Part shown: positions 26,168 through 37,672 of the stretch, piece by piece
How positions within the stretch are numbered: position 1 is the first letter of the stretch
Layout: every line of letters starts with the position of its first letter
Program-made: the position numbers and the translations under genes
Notes under the pieces: generated by a model
What the model was told of the DNA's origin: nothing
What the model saw: the letters and a program-made list of their open reading frames with translations, nothing else
The model's database searches: none
NCBI GenBank assembly: GCA_976551045.1
Contig: CDPCPM010000015.1
Coordinates: 1,984,001-2,048,000 of the forward strand
Length of the DNA: 64,000 bases
Direction of reading: 5' to 3'
Origin: Glaucostegus cemiculus
Taxonomy: Eukaryota

Positions 26168-26240
26168 GCATGCTTTTGGCTCAGTGGTAGAATTCTCGCC
26201 TGCCACATGGATGGCCCAGGTTCAATTCCCGGCCAATGCA
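26168..26240 (+). pseudogene. tRNA-Gly(GCC) pseudogene
   Basis: TGGCTCAGTGGTAGAATTCTCGCCTGCCACATGGATGGCCCAGGTTCAATTCCCGGCCAATGCA matches vertebrate tRNA-Gly-GCC, anticodon GCC at 26202-26204. The 5' acceptor strand is damaged, and CpG decay breaks the anticodon and T stems. Confidence 0.88.
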
Positions 26241-26252
26241 GTTAAAGTATTT

Positions 26253-26552
26253 GGGCAGGCATGGTAGTGTAGCGGTTTGTGTAGCATAACGCTTTACAGT
26301 GCCAACGACCCGGGTTCAATTCCGGCCGCTGTCTGTAAGGAGGTTGTACGTTCTCCCTGTGTGTCTGCGTGGGTTTCCTCTGGGTGCTCTGGTTTCCTCA
26401 CACATTCCAAAGACATACAGGTTAGGAAGTTGTGGTCATGTTATGTTGGCACTGGAAGCATGGTGACACTTGCAGACTGCCCCCAGAACACTCTACGCAA
26501 AAAAAAGATGCGCTTCACTGTGTGTTTCAATGTACATGTGACTAATAATCTT
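26253..26552 (+). mobile_element. tRNA-derived V-domain SINE, young subfamily
   Basis: Box A-like ggtagtgtagcgg, box B gggttcaattcc, V-core gtgggtttcctctgggtgctctggtttcctc, tail ttcactgtgtgtttcaatgtacatgtgactaataa. Confidence 0.92.
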
Positions 26553-27095
26553 TAATTTATTGGCCTGTTCTGCTGCTTTGAAGGATCTTTGGACATATTC
26601 TGGATAAAATTCCACTTGCCTCGTGGAACCTACAGGCTCCCCTCCCAATCACACATGGGTTTCCCCTGGATACTCCAGTTTCCTCCCACATCCCAAAGAC
26701 ATGGCAGGTTTGTAGGTTACTCAGACACTGTACATTGCCCCTGGTGTGTGGCTGAGTGATAGGATCTAGAGAATTGATGAGGATGTGCGGAGAATTAAAA
26801 TACGATAAATGTAGACACAGGAGATGGCAGATGTTGGAATCTGGAGCAACTCAGTGGGTCAGGCAGCATCTGTGGAGACAGAGGGGCAGTCGGCGTTTTG
26901 GGTCGAGACCCTGCATCAGGATTAATGTAGGATTAGTGTAAATGGGTGGCCGATGGTCAGCATAGACTCCATGGGCTGAAGAGCCTGTCTCCATGCTGAA
27001 TCTCTCCATGAATCAGTGACAATCCTTATCTGGAGATATATTGCCGGACTTTCATCATGCTTAGATCTAAATTCTGAAACTCCTCACCCAACGGA

Positions 27096-27108
27096 CCACT
27101 AGAGGGCA
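27096..27108 (+). promoter_or_regulatory. CTCF-like core motif
   Basis: gaCCACTAGAGGGCAtt. Confidence 0.5.
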
Positions 27109-27628
27109 TTACTGGCTGCAGTAATGGTCACATAGTCTATGTCAGTGACGTTGAAGGCCAGATATCAGCCAGGACACAAAGGACTCAAAATTACTTTGTG
27201 GGATCCTTTACAATAGCCAGATCCAGCTGTACAGTGCTCCCCCTGTGCTGTGTGGGAGAGTCAGTCTGGATTTGGTGCTCAAATTCATGGAGCCGATCTT
27301 GAACCCACGCATTTCCTGCAAGGGTTCACTATCTGAGCTAAGGTTGATATTGTCTTCAACTATGGTGACCTGTCTGGAGGGCCCTGTACAAAAGAGGTAT
27401 CGCTTTGAGAGTTGAGGAGGGGGATCAGGAATGTTGGAGAGCGAACAGTGCAGAACAAGTGAAAACATAATCACTTCAATCCATTTCTACCTGAGACACA
27501 ACCCTGAGATGGGCAGCTGGGACCGGTGAGGAGGGAGATGACCTTCTTTAACTGGACCAATATAAATGCCTCCAGCAGGACATCAGCAGGGGAATCATTT
27601 CCCCTGTTTTAGGCGAATCTCCTCTGAA

Positions 27629-27660
27629 TGCTGCATCTTTACCCACCAGCAGGGGGTATC
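27629..27660 (+). promoter_or_regulatory. CTCF-like motif with upstream TGCA element
   Basis: tgCTGCAtctttacccaCCAGCAGGGGGTAtc. Confidence 0.45.
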
Positions 27661-27929
27661 ATTGCCTGGGGTGATGCCCACTTGCCCCAGGCTGTGCTAC
27701 TGCAGTGGTGTAATGTGTCCCAACAAACTGTTCCCATTCATGTGAGACAGAACTATATTCTAGCTTGAATTTCTCTCCCAGATTTCTATAGTCTTGCATT
27801 TCGCTCCTCATCTTTTTTCCACTAACTTCAATTTTAAACGTGGAGTTCAACCAGCACTAGACAGCAACTTGTCCAAGTTCCTGCACTGCTGTTTTTGACT
27901 GTAGGAGGCAGTCCAGTGAAACACGACCC

Positions 27930-28430
27930 TCTGGAGAGGATTCAGAGGAGGTTTACAAGGATGATTCCTGGTATGAAAGGGCTTACCTATGATGAGCGTT
28001 TATCGGCTCTTGGACTGTACTCAGTGGAGTACAGAAGAATGAGGGGGGACCTCATAGAAGTGTTTAGAATGTTGAAAGGAATGGATAGAGTAGATGTGGA
28101 TAGGCTGTTTCCCTTGGTAGGTGAGTCCAAGACTAGAGGGCACAGACTTAGAATCAGAGGGAACCAGTTTAAAACAGAGATGAGGAGAAATTACTTTAGT
28201 CTGAGGGTGGTGGAATTGTGGAATTCTCTGCCACATACAGCTGTAGAGGCTCAGTCAGTGGGGGCATTTGAAGGGGAGTTGGATAGGTACCTAATTAATC
28301 GAGGTATCAAGGGATATGGGAATAAGGCTGGAAATTGGGGATAGATATGTTATCTTTTCTCTTCTCATGGAGCAGACTCGAAGGGCTGAATGGCCTACTT
28401 CTGCTCCCTTGTCTTGTGATCTTGTGACAT
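27930..28430 (+). mobile_element. CR1 LINE 3' end (ORF2 C-terminus plus 3' UTR)
   Basis: LERIQRRFTRMIPGMKGLTYDERLSALGLYSVEYRRMRGDLIEVFRML..TRGHRL..FSLRVVELWNSLP, followed by the gggctgaatggcctacttctgctcc tail. Confidence 0.95.
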
Positions 28431-28539
28431 TTGATCAGTGCTGGTTTTAACTCTCCCTGTCCATGGCCCAGACCTGAACACTGCATCCTCTGTTCTACCC
28501 CTTGCTCAACCACGGATTGACTCAGGACCCACCAGCTCC

Positions 28540-29060
28540 TCAAAGTGGGATGTGGAGGCAGCAAGTGCCTGGGAGGAACAACCATCAACAAAAGGACAAC
28601 CACAAACAGGATACTCTCCATTTGCCTGGGTGAGACCAACTCCACCAACACCTAAGAAACAACAATCCACACAAAGCAGCCCTTGTGATGGACAGATCAT
28701 CCACTGCTCTAAGCATCAATCCCTCCACCAGTAGCACACAGTGGCTGCAGTGTGGACCATCTACAAAAGGCACTGCAGTTACTTGCCTAGGTCTCCTTGA
28801 ATACACCACCCAAACCAGCAGCCTCTATCACCAAGAAGGATAAAGGCAGGAGGAGCAGTGGAACCTGCAGATTCCACTCCAAGTTGCACACCATCCTGAC
28901 TTGAAAACATAATGCCATTCCTTCATCATCGCTGGGTCTAAATCCTGGAGCTCCATAACCAAATACACTCACCAGGAGGTTCAAAAAGGCAGCTCACCAG
29001 CCCTTTCTCAAGGCAATTAGGCATGGGCAAGAAATGCTGGCTAACATTGTCTGCCCTCCA
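28540..29060 (+). mobile_element. 3' end of an old L2/CR1-group LINE; copies at 31310-31530, 38850-39125, 39600-40005, 52400-53010, 61090-61345
   Basis: Shared ccattccttcatcatcgctgggtctaaatcctgga..ggttcaa.aaggcagctcacca..ggcaattagg.atgggcaa.aaatgctgg. Confidence 0.65.
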
Positions 29061-30251
29061 TAAAAGGTAAGAATCCTCCAGTCTATCTGCACACTTACCA
29101 CTGCAACTCATGGGCCCCAGACCCACGCATGGACATCAAGTGATCTCTTGGAGGAGGGAAGATCAGATTATTTTTAAAAACTGAACAAAGTATGTAGAGG
29201 GTTTCTCTCTGTCTCCAACCTGATTGATCCAAAGTAGGAAACTTCTGTGAATGTGACACATTACCAGGACAGGTGCCACGCTGACTGAAAGGACCTCAAC
29301 AAATCGGTGTCCATACGTAGTTGGCAGCCTGTTCCAGAGGTGCAATGCTCTCTAAGAAAAAAGATCATCTCCTAATCTTGAATCTACACATTGAAATGGG
29401 AGATTCCTTACTTGGAATCTCTCATCCGTGCCTTTGTTACCTCTGGATTCCAAAGCTCTGAGAACTGATTCACAAATTCACACCCTTGTTTTCAAGTCTC
29501 CTCAAAGTTACTCCTCCTTCCTATCTCCCTAACCTCCTTCCATCCTGTACCCCCAACCCTCCTCCAATTCTGCCCTCTACGTCAATCCCACCTTTAAGAA
29601 CTCTGCCACCGGCAGCCATGTTATCAGCTGCCTATGTCCCAGGATCAGGAATTCCCTCCCCAACTCCTCCGTTTCCCTCCTCCTCTCATGTGCTCACAAT
29701 ACCTACACTTTGACCGTACGTTGGGTGACCTCTCCTAATATACCTTGGCATCCCATTTCTAGTGGAGGTGACAGGGGATTTTTTTTTACATTAAAGTTGT
29801 ATAAATTTCATAAGTTTGCGTTGTCCAAATATCAAGAGGTCTTGTGGGTTCTTTTCAAATCCCAGCCCCCATCACACCCAACTCCGCACTATCCAGTAAA
29901 GAGTGAGTTAAAAATACAGACCAACTAAAAGATATTTCAAACAGATGCACATTATTTGCAGCTATCTCCATCTGCATGCACTGCTACTGTCAACAGGGAG
30001 TTTCTATGTAATCTAAAGAAATATCACATTCTGGGAATAGAAATATTACAGGGAATTTAATTAACTGTAAATGAGGTTGTTTAAATCAAAGGCTCCATTG
30101 ACATTAATCACAGGAGCAGCATCTGCTCTCCTCCTCCTCCCTCAGGGGCTTGACAGCTCTCCTCAGCCCACCCACACAGTATATTTATTTGCTCTTACAG
30201 GACAAATTGTCTGGTAAGCACTTTGATTGAAACTTTTATTAAACCCCTCTG

Positions 30252-30255
<4 letters not shown>

Positions 30256-30344
<89 letters not shown>

Positions 30345-30346
30345 CA
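30256..30346. repeat. (TG)n microsatellite with degenerate TG-rich extension to about 30560
   Basis: About 40 perfect TG units. Confidence 0.98.
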
Positions 30347-32487
30347 CTATGTATTTTTGGCATGTGTGTGTAGTGTCCGTGCTGACTGTGGTATGTTGCA
30401 CATTGTATGTTGTGCCTGTATGCAGTGTGTGTGCTGTGTTTGTGCTTGTTGCATGCTGTGTAGTATGTATGTTGTGCCTATGTAGTATGAAGTTGTGTGG
30501 TATATGTGCATGTGTGTGTGTGGTGCACGTGTGTCATGTGTAGTGTGTGCACATGTTCGTGCCTTGAATGCACACAACTGCTGAGCATCCACAATAACCT
30601 AAGTGAGGAAATTGCTCCTTACCTCAGTCATAAATGGCTGAGCCCTTAGATTGGCCCCACTGGTTCCAGCCTCTCCAGCATCTCTCATTCCCCTCACATC
30701 CCCTCTCCTTCTTCTAAACTCCACTGGGTTTTAGCCAATTGTCCTCAGTTTCTTCTCACGGGGAATCCCCCCACTGCCCCAGCCTGGTGAATTCATGTTG
30801 CATCATTTCTGAAGCCAACGCACCCATCCTCACTCACACATCCTCCATCCCACCCACCTTCCCTTCCCTTTGGAGCAGACTCGATGGGCCGACTGGCCTG
30901 CTTCTGCTCCATTATCTTGTGATCTTGTGAAATGAAGACCAAACAATCACTTGCCTCGTGATTGCTTGCTAATTTCCTGCATGTTAATTTACCACTGGGT
31001 CTCATACACTGGCGTCCCTGATCTGCATTTTAGTTGTTTCTTACCATTGATTCTGTTTTGTATTCTTCCTATCAAAAACGTCTCTCCTGCCTCCCACATT
31101 CCTCTAAGCTCCTCCAGAATGTGTGGATATGTGCGCATGCACATGTATGTGCATGCATACATGCATCTGTGTGTAAATGCATCTGTGTGTCTGTGTGTAA
31201 ATGTGTGGGTGTGTGTGGGGGGGGAGGGCGTAGAGTGGCTTTGTGCACAGTTAAGCACACCACCCCCCACCCCACTTCCATGAATGAACCCCCGGGACTT
31301 GCATTCTTTGTCGGCAGCAGGGTCATCGATCTGCAGGTGGCACGACACCAACCCAACCAACGCCTTCCTGCCTTTGAAATACTTTGCCATTCCTTCATTC
31401 CCGCTGGGTCTAAATCCTGGAACTCCCGACCCAACAGGACCATGAGAACACCTTCACCAGAAGGATGGCAGCCATGCGAGAAGGCAGCTCAGCACAACCT
31501 TAGGGACGGGCAATAAACACCAGTGACGTCCAGGCCTTGGGAGCATAGTTCTGAAATGCCTAGGTACAGGGCAAGGACACATTTCCCCCACCCCACCACT
31601 CCCAAGGAGTATGTGGATTGCCTGAGGTCGTTTGTTTCTTGCACTCACCACAAACCCTGAATCCAACTCCTCATACTCCAGACCACAAGCCTTGCAGGGC
31701 AAAAGAAATCTTATCCGGTTTGCCTCTGAATGACTCAATACCCACTGCTCTCACCACCTCCTCTGGGACGCTGTGCTAGCTGATTACAATCTTTCCACAG
31801 GTTACAAATTATACCTGCCGTGGTGTCAAAGTTGGGAAGATTTAATGGGGAGTGAGGGCTTTTCCGTGGGAAGAATCTGAAACACAGAAGGCAAAATATT
31901 TGGAACAAAAAAGATCAGAGAAGATTCCCCACTGGATAATTAGTGTGAACTGCTCCAAACTGCCTTAGTGTCAGGCTTGGAAAAGCAGTCTTAATTCATC
32001 ACAACAAAAATGAGTCATTGCCAGAGGGAAATAAAGTGATACATTAGTCCCTCCGAGACCTCTCATAATCTCATTAACCTCCACCAGCCTTACTACTCCA
32101 CCCAGTCACTCCACCATGAGTGACCACGAGTGACCTTACTTTCAGCTGCATAAGTCTACCTTAGAACTCTCTCGAAACTACCCCATCGCTTCCCAGCAGC
32201 CTTTTCTGGGGACATCTCACCCAGCTCCCTCCATAGTGGTCTCACTGAGTTGCCTGCTGGTTCAAAGCCCCACTTGTCTTCTTAAATCTCACCTGCTACG
32301 TCTCATTCTATATCTTTATCTGCTGTCAACTGACACTCTCTCCCTCATTTGAACTCTTTAATACCCTCCAACTGTCTTATCTTTTTCCCTCAGGATCTCA
32401 CTTCCTTTTGTCTGACCATCTCTCCCTCTCACCACCTGTTGCAAACTCTCTGCTCCCAGTCTGTCTACCTCTCCCTTAGTTTCTCAC

Positions 32488-32519
32488 TCTCTGTCTCTCT
32501 GTCTCTCTGTCTCTCTCTG

Positions 32520-32551
<32 letters not shown>

Positions 32552-32552
32552 C
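32488..32552. repeat. (CT)n/(CTCTGT)n microsatellite
   Basis: Direct reading. Confidence 0.95.
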
Positions 32553-34971
32553 CCTTAAAATTTCCCAAGATTGCCTTTCCTAATGCGTGCCCAAGGACAG
32601 ATGCCAGGAAATGTTAGGTCCAGTCATTACGTTCCACAGTTTATATAATCTCCCCATGCTCACTACTGAGACTTACTTTTCAGGAAAAGCCTCCTCCTGG
32701 GAGGCTGCACCCCTAAACTTCTAAAGGTAACTCTCACAACTACAGGACATCCAGAAATTCTTCACAACCAATGAAGTGTAGTCACTGCAGAGAAACACTG
32801 CAGTCACTTTGCACACTGGAAGATCCCACGAACAACAAAGTGATGGATTGGTAGATAAACCTTTTCTTAGTAATGTTGGTTGAGCAGTAAACATTGGCCA
32901 GGATTGTGGGGACAACTTCACTGATTCATTTAACAGGAGTTTTTGTATCCTGCTGACAGTGGGCAGAACATTGGGTTTATGTCTCATTCCAAAGGCAACA
33001 CATCCAATGGTGCAGCAGCCCCTCAGTACTGCACTGGAGTATTTGCATTGGATACTCAAGTTAAGACTTCTGCTTTCATTTCTGATTTAATTAGAATATC
33101 TTGTGCCTTTTCCCTCTGCCATCCACAAGAAAAAAAATATAAGCTCAGTTCTTAAGAGTGAGACTTGAACACACAACCTCCTGTCTCTGTGGCGAGAGAG
33201 CTGTCACAAGCCACAGATTATTATTATTTCTAATTTTGGCAGTAGTTTGGGAATGTTTGGGCAGATTGGTACGATAACTCCCCTCACCACCCCACCCCCC
33301 TGCCCTCAGAGAGCTGAATTAATCCAGTTCAGGGCTCCATCAAGTCTTTCCTTTCACCAAAGCTCAGTAATGTTCAGTGTGAGCACTGAACTATATGCAC
33401 CTCTCAGGACCATGTGTACCATGGGGTATGACCATCAGTCGATTTCTGTGACATCACTGGTGTTAGCTGGAAGTTGGTTGCCTGACCCACTGAGTATCTC
33501 CAGCATTTCCTGTTTTTTTCAGATTTCCAGTAACTGCAAGTTTGCTTTTTGATTACTAGATCTTTTCAACACCAGTAAAACAACACCTGTCATTACCAGA
33601 TTGCTGATTATGGGAGCTTGCTGTGCACACTTTAGTCATCAGTTTTACACAGTACAACAGTTTTACTCTGTGCCTAACCTATGCTGTCAATGCCCTGAGA
33701 GTGTTTGATGAGATACTGGAGAAAGAGGTGCCTCTATATCTAATGCAGGCTTTCCCTGCCCAGAGTATGTTTGTTGGAACAGTTGAGAGAAGGCTTTACC
33801 CTGTATCTAAACCGTGTTGTCCCATTCCTGGGAGTGATCGATGGGACAGTGGAGAGGGAACTTCAGTCTGCATTGAAGCCGCAATTATGGTGGGTATGTT
33901 AGAAGGGAAATTGTTTCAATATCCAACACCAACGTTCTACAAATTAATTAATCAAAGGAAAAAAATCCAACATGACTGATTCAACAAGTTGAATAAAATC
34001 ACACACAAAGTCCCAGGAAATTTTAAGGAAAGAGAGTGCATTTCATTGGCTGTGAAGGACTTTGGGACATCCTGTGTTTGTGAGAGGCATTTTAGATGTG
34101 GGTATGGAACCTCACCGGGGGCAGTATCACTCCCATCCCTTAACGAAGAAGCTATTCCTGAGACACAAGCACTGGGAGATTTATGCAGCCTTGTGGAGTG
34201 TGGGGACTGGGCTGATCCCTAACATTGCTGCAGACCATTCCTGGCAGTTCTCCCTGGACACACACTTGAAGTGGGAATCCCGGGTAAACTTAGGGAGAGA
34301 ATGCACTTAGGACCGGCTGAGGTCCTGAAAGGCAGAATAGAAATGCAAGACTCGTGTCAACCTGTTTGAGAACGATGTGCTGTGGCAAACCACTCTGCAA
34401 CCTTCTCCATCATCCAGGGATTGCAAGTGAACGCCACGTCCCAAGAATGAAAAATAAAAAACAATTTCTGCTTCTGCTCTCTCCCCTGGGAGCCTGTTCC
34501 ATCAACTAAACCCTCATCCACCGACCCAGAACCAAGAGAGATCGTCAGTTAATGCGTCACCAGCAGACATGAGGGAGAGTCAGGTTTATGTCCTCATTAC
34601 ACATGCTCCATAGCACTAAGATGAACAAAATAACTTTACTGATGAAGAACATTTTGAGGTTTGTAACACAGGAAATATGGCAGTTTATTTGTACACAGCA
34701 AGATTCCATAAACAAGAAGACAGTTTACTCGATCATTTGTTTTTAGTGATGTTGGGTGATGCATAAGAATTGACCAAAGAGCTGGAGTACTTATTACTGA
34801 TCATTGACCCTCCTGCCTGTCAAAGATTCTTCCCCTTACACACCCCTCATAATGTCAGACATCTCTGTTAAACCTCCCCTTAACTTTCTAAGGAGAACAA
34901 CTTCAGCCTCTCAGCACTCCCAGAATGAGTGCTACTGTTTTTAATTAAAGTGAGGATCTTTCCGATGTAAA

Positions 34972-35562
34972 AAAGCAGAAAATGCTGGAAACACTCAGCA
35001 GGTCAGGCAGCATCTGCAGAGACAAACAGTTAACGTTTCATCTCCAGGACCCTTCATCAGAGCTGGGATAAAGAGAAACAAGTTTGATTTTGGTGAGAAG
35101 TTGGGGGAGGGGAATTAATGGAACAAAAAGTTCTCTGATTGAATGAGACTGAATGACCCAGTGTCAGGGCAGTTTAGAGACAGTTAAAATCAGATTAAAC
35201 TTTGTGTGATATGTTGCTAATGTTGTATTGTCTGTCATGCTCAGGCACCCAGACTAATAGGATGGCAGCCAAAAGTGCCCAGTTCTCATACAAACAGAAA
35301 GAAAGTGTGTTATCTAAAGTTGAATCATTCAATATTGAGTGCTGCAGACACATGTTGCAGCCACATTAGGTCGTCCAGTGTCACCCTATCGGAAATATTC
35401 TCTGTTCCACCCATCCCTCTCCACCACCTTCCCTGCCACCAAAACTAACACTTCTCTCTTTCCCAGTTCTGATGAAGGGTCCTGGACCTGAAGCATTAAC
35501 TGTTCCTCACTTCATAGATGCTGCCTGACCTGCTGAGTGTTTCCAGCACTTTCTAGATTTCC
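34972..35562. mobile_element. Non-autonomous Penelope-derived element with about 150-bp inverted arms, each carrying a hammerhead-like motif
   Basis: gaaaatgctggaaacactcagcaggtcaggcagcatct (left) versus agatgctgcctgacctgctgagtgtttccagcactttc (right): 1 mismatch in 38. CTGATGA cores at 35054-35060 (-) and 35469-35475 (+). Confidence 0.75.
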
Positions 35563-35615
35563 AACTTCTACTGTTTTTTGTTAAATTTTCACCTCCCTCT
35601 TGTGTTGTGTAACAG

Positions 35616-35808
35616 ACGCCGATGCTCAAGGAGAACCTGAAGCAACAGGGGCTTTTAATGAGCAAAGCATATTTCAGCACAAAGCCTTGTACATAAAACC
35701 ACAGCTTTTGGAGCAGCAAGCACCACAATGGAACACAACAGAGTTCCAACAGCAGCTGGTCAAGGAGGCACTCCACAACCTTAAGTGTGATTTTATTCAA
35801 CTTGTTGA
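35616..35808 (+). other. Candidate exon, copy 1 of tandem duplicate
   Basis: ttgtgttgtgtaacag| open frame DADAQGEPEATGAFNEQSIFQHKALYIKPQLLEQQAPQWNTTEFQQQLVKEALHNLKCDFIQLV |gtcagt. Confidence 0.5.
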
Positions 35809-35904
35809 GTCAGTCATGTTGGATTTTTTTCTCTGATTAATCTGTAGTATGTTGGTATTGAATATTGAAACAATTTCTATTCTAGCACACCCGCCAAAAT
35901 TATG

Positions 35905-36150
35905 GTTTGAATACAGACTAAAGTTTCCTCTGCACTATCCCATCAAACACTCCCAAGGCTGGGATAACACGGGTTAAATACAGGGTAAAGCCTTCTCTCC
36001 ACTGTGACAGGGACAGCATGGGTTAGTTATAGGGTGAACTTCTTTCTACAGTATCTCATCATACACTCTCAAGACATTGACAGCACAGGTTAGATCTGAC
36101 CACAGTGACCCATCAAATGCTCCCAAGGTAGGGTAGACTGCACACGTTAT
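35905..36150. repeat. Degenerate approximately 65-bp tandem repeat family; also 2712-2865, and reversed at 33655-33870 and 53655-53860
   Basis: Unit resembles gggttagatacagagtaaagctcc.tctacactgtcccatcaaacactccca.ggcaggtacagcac. Confidence 0.7.
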
Positions 36151-36204
36151 ATAAAGTGAGGGTCAGTATCTTTGAGACTGTACCAATCTAAGGGTACGTA
36201 TCTC

Positions 36205-36622
36205 GGTCATAAAGGCATGGAGCCATACAGCACAGGAACAGGGTCTTCCGCCCAATGTATCTATGCCAACCATCAAGTACATAGCCACACTAATCCAGTT
36301 CACCAACACTTGGTCCACTGCCTACTACACTTTGGTGATTCAATCGCTCATCTAGACATTTCTTAAATGTTGTGAAGGTACCCATCTCTACCACCCACTC
36401 AGGAGACCAGCTCCAGATTCCAACCAACTTCTGCATGAAAAGATTCTTCATCAGATCCTCTCTAAAGTCCTTACCCAAACCTGTGCCAATCTGCCACAGG
36501 GAAAATGTTTCTACCATCTACCTTATCTATACCCCTCGTAAGTTTATATACCCCTACCAGGTGCCCCCTCAGGATCCTCCACTCGAAGAAAACAAACCCG
36601 GTTTATCCAGTCTCTCCTCATA
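36205..36622 (-). mobile_element. Decayed CR1 LINE 3' end
   Basis: Minus-strand FREDLMKNLFMQKLVGIWSWSPEWVVEMGTFTTFKKCLD matches the CR1 C-terminus. Confidence 0.85.
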
Positions 36623-37672
36623 ACAGCATCTGTGAAGCTGGACCTCAGTGAGGGTCAGTGTCCGTGGACCCAGTCACCACTGTGAGTCAGTCTATAGGAT
36701 TGTACAACATTAATAGTTGTGTTTGTGAGATGGTGTTGGAGTGAGAAAGTGTCAAAGGAAGTGTACAGAACTGAGAGAGAGTGTTTGGCGGGCTGTACCC
36801 CAGTGAGATTCCCAAACGTTGACTCTCAGTGCCACGGGATTTTGCCCTGGTGAGAATGCCTGTGGGATTCATACCCCAGTGAGAGTCAGTGTCTCTGAGA
36901 TTGTACCCTCGATCAGGGCCAGTGTCTGTGGCGTCTGACCATAGAGATATTTGTTGCCTTTCAAAACTGTATCCTGTAACCCAGTGAGTCTCAGTATATT
37001 TTTTAAAAACATATTTCTTTTTGGAACCTGGTCTTATGCCCACAACATAGTTATTGCTCATTCCTAATTGTCCTTGAACTGAGTGATTTGCGAGGCTGTA
37101 CCAGATAGTGTTAAGGCATCATCATTGATGAGTCTGAAGTCACATAGCAGACAAACTCAATAAGAATTGCAGAGTTCCTCCCTGGAAGGACACCAATGAA
37201 CCAAATTGCTTTTTATGACAGGACCATAAATCTGTGATCATCCTTATGAATAATTAGAGTTCTTTTTTAATCCCACATTTTAATTACAGATTACTGACTG
37301 AATTAATTATCACAGCTACCACAACTGGACTGGAGCTCAGTCTTTAGAAGTATAATCCCACTCCCCTTTGAAAACTACTGTTGAATCTCCTTCTGCTGCC
37401 CCTTCAGGCTGTGCATCCCAGACCTCAACGTTCCATTCTTCCCATCTGCTAGTTTTGCTTTTGCTACAAAGTCTGTGACTCCCAACCATCAACCATCCTA
37501 CCTGTGGAATAAGCTTCCCCTTACAATACCCCACACTCCCAATCAGACACCTCTGTTAAATCTTCCCTTCACCTTCTTCAATCCAAAGAACAATCCGAAT
37601 TTCTCCACCCTCCCCAAAATGAGTATTTTTAAAAAGTTAAAGTGAGGTCCTCTCACTTGTGTTGTGTAACAG

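Larger units (their letters stand above)
25580..26610 (-). mobile_element. Decayed CR1 LINE 3' portion, interrupted by tRNA pseudogene and SINE
   Basis: gacattcggcccatt tail, and acatccatgtaaatctcttctgcgccctttccagtgcaatcacatc is the antisense of CR1 LE.VQ.RFT.M. Confidence 0.8.

Noticed and set aside
26253-26330. SINE heads as functional tRNA genes
   Set aside because: Only box A/B similarity; they continue into SINE body and tail and lack a full cloverleaf.
27485-29330. Minus-strand donors at about 27490 and 29265 as YJEFN3 exon 1
   Set aside because: Phase-compatible, but the peptides show no similarity to the expected ..YLS first exon and the donors are weak.
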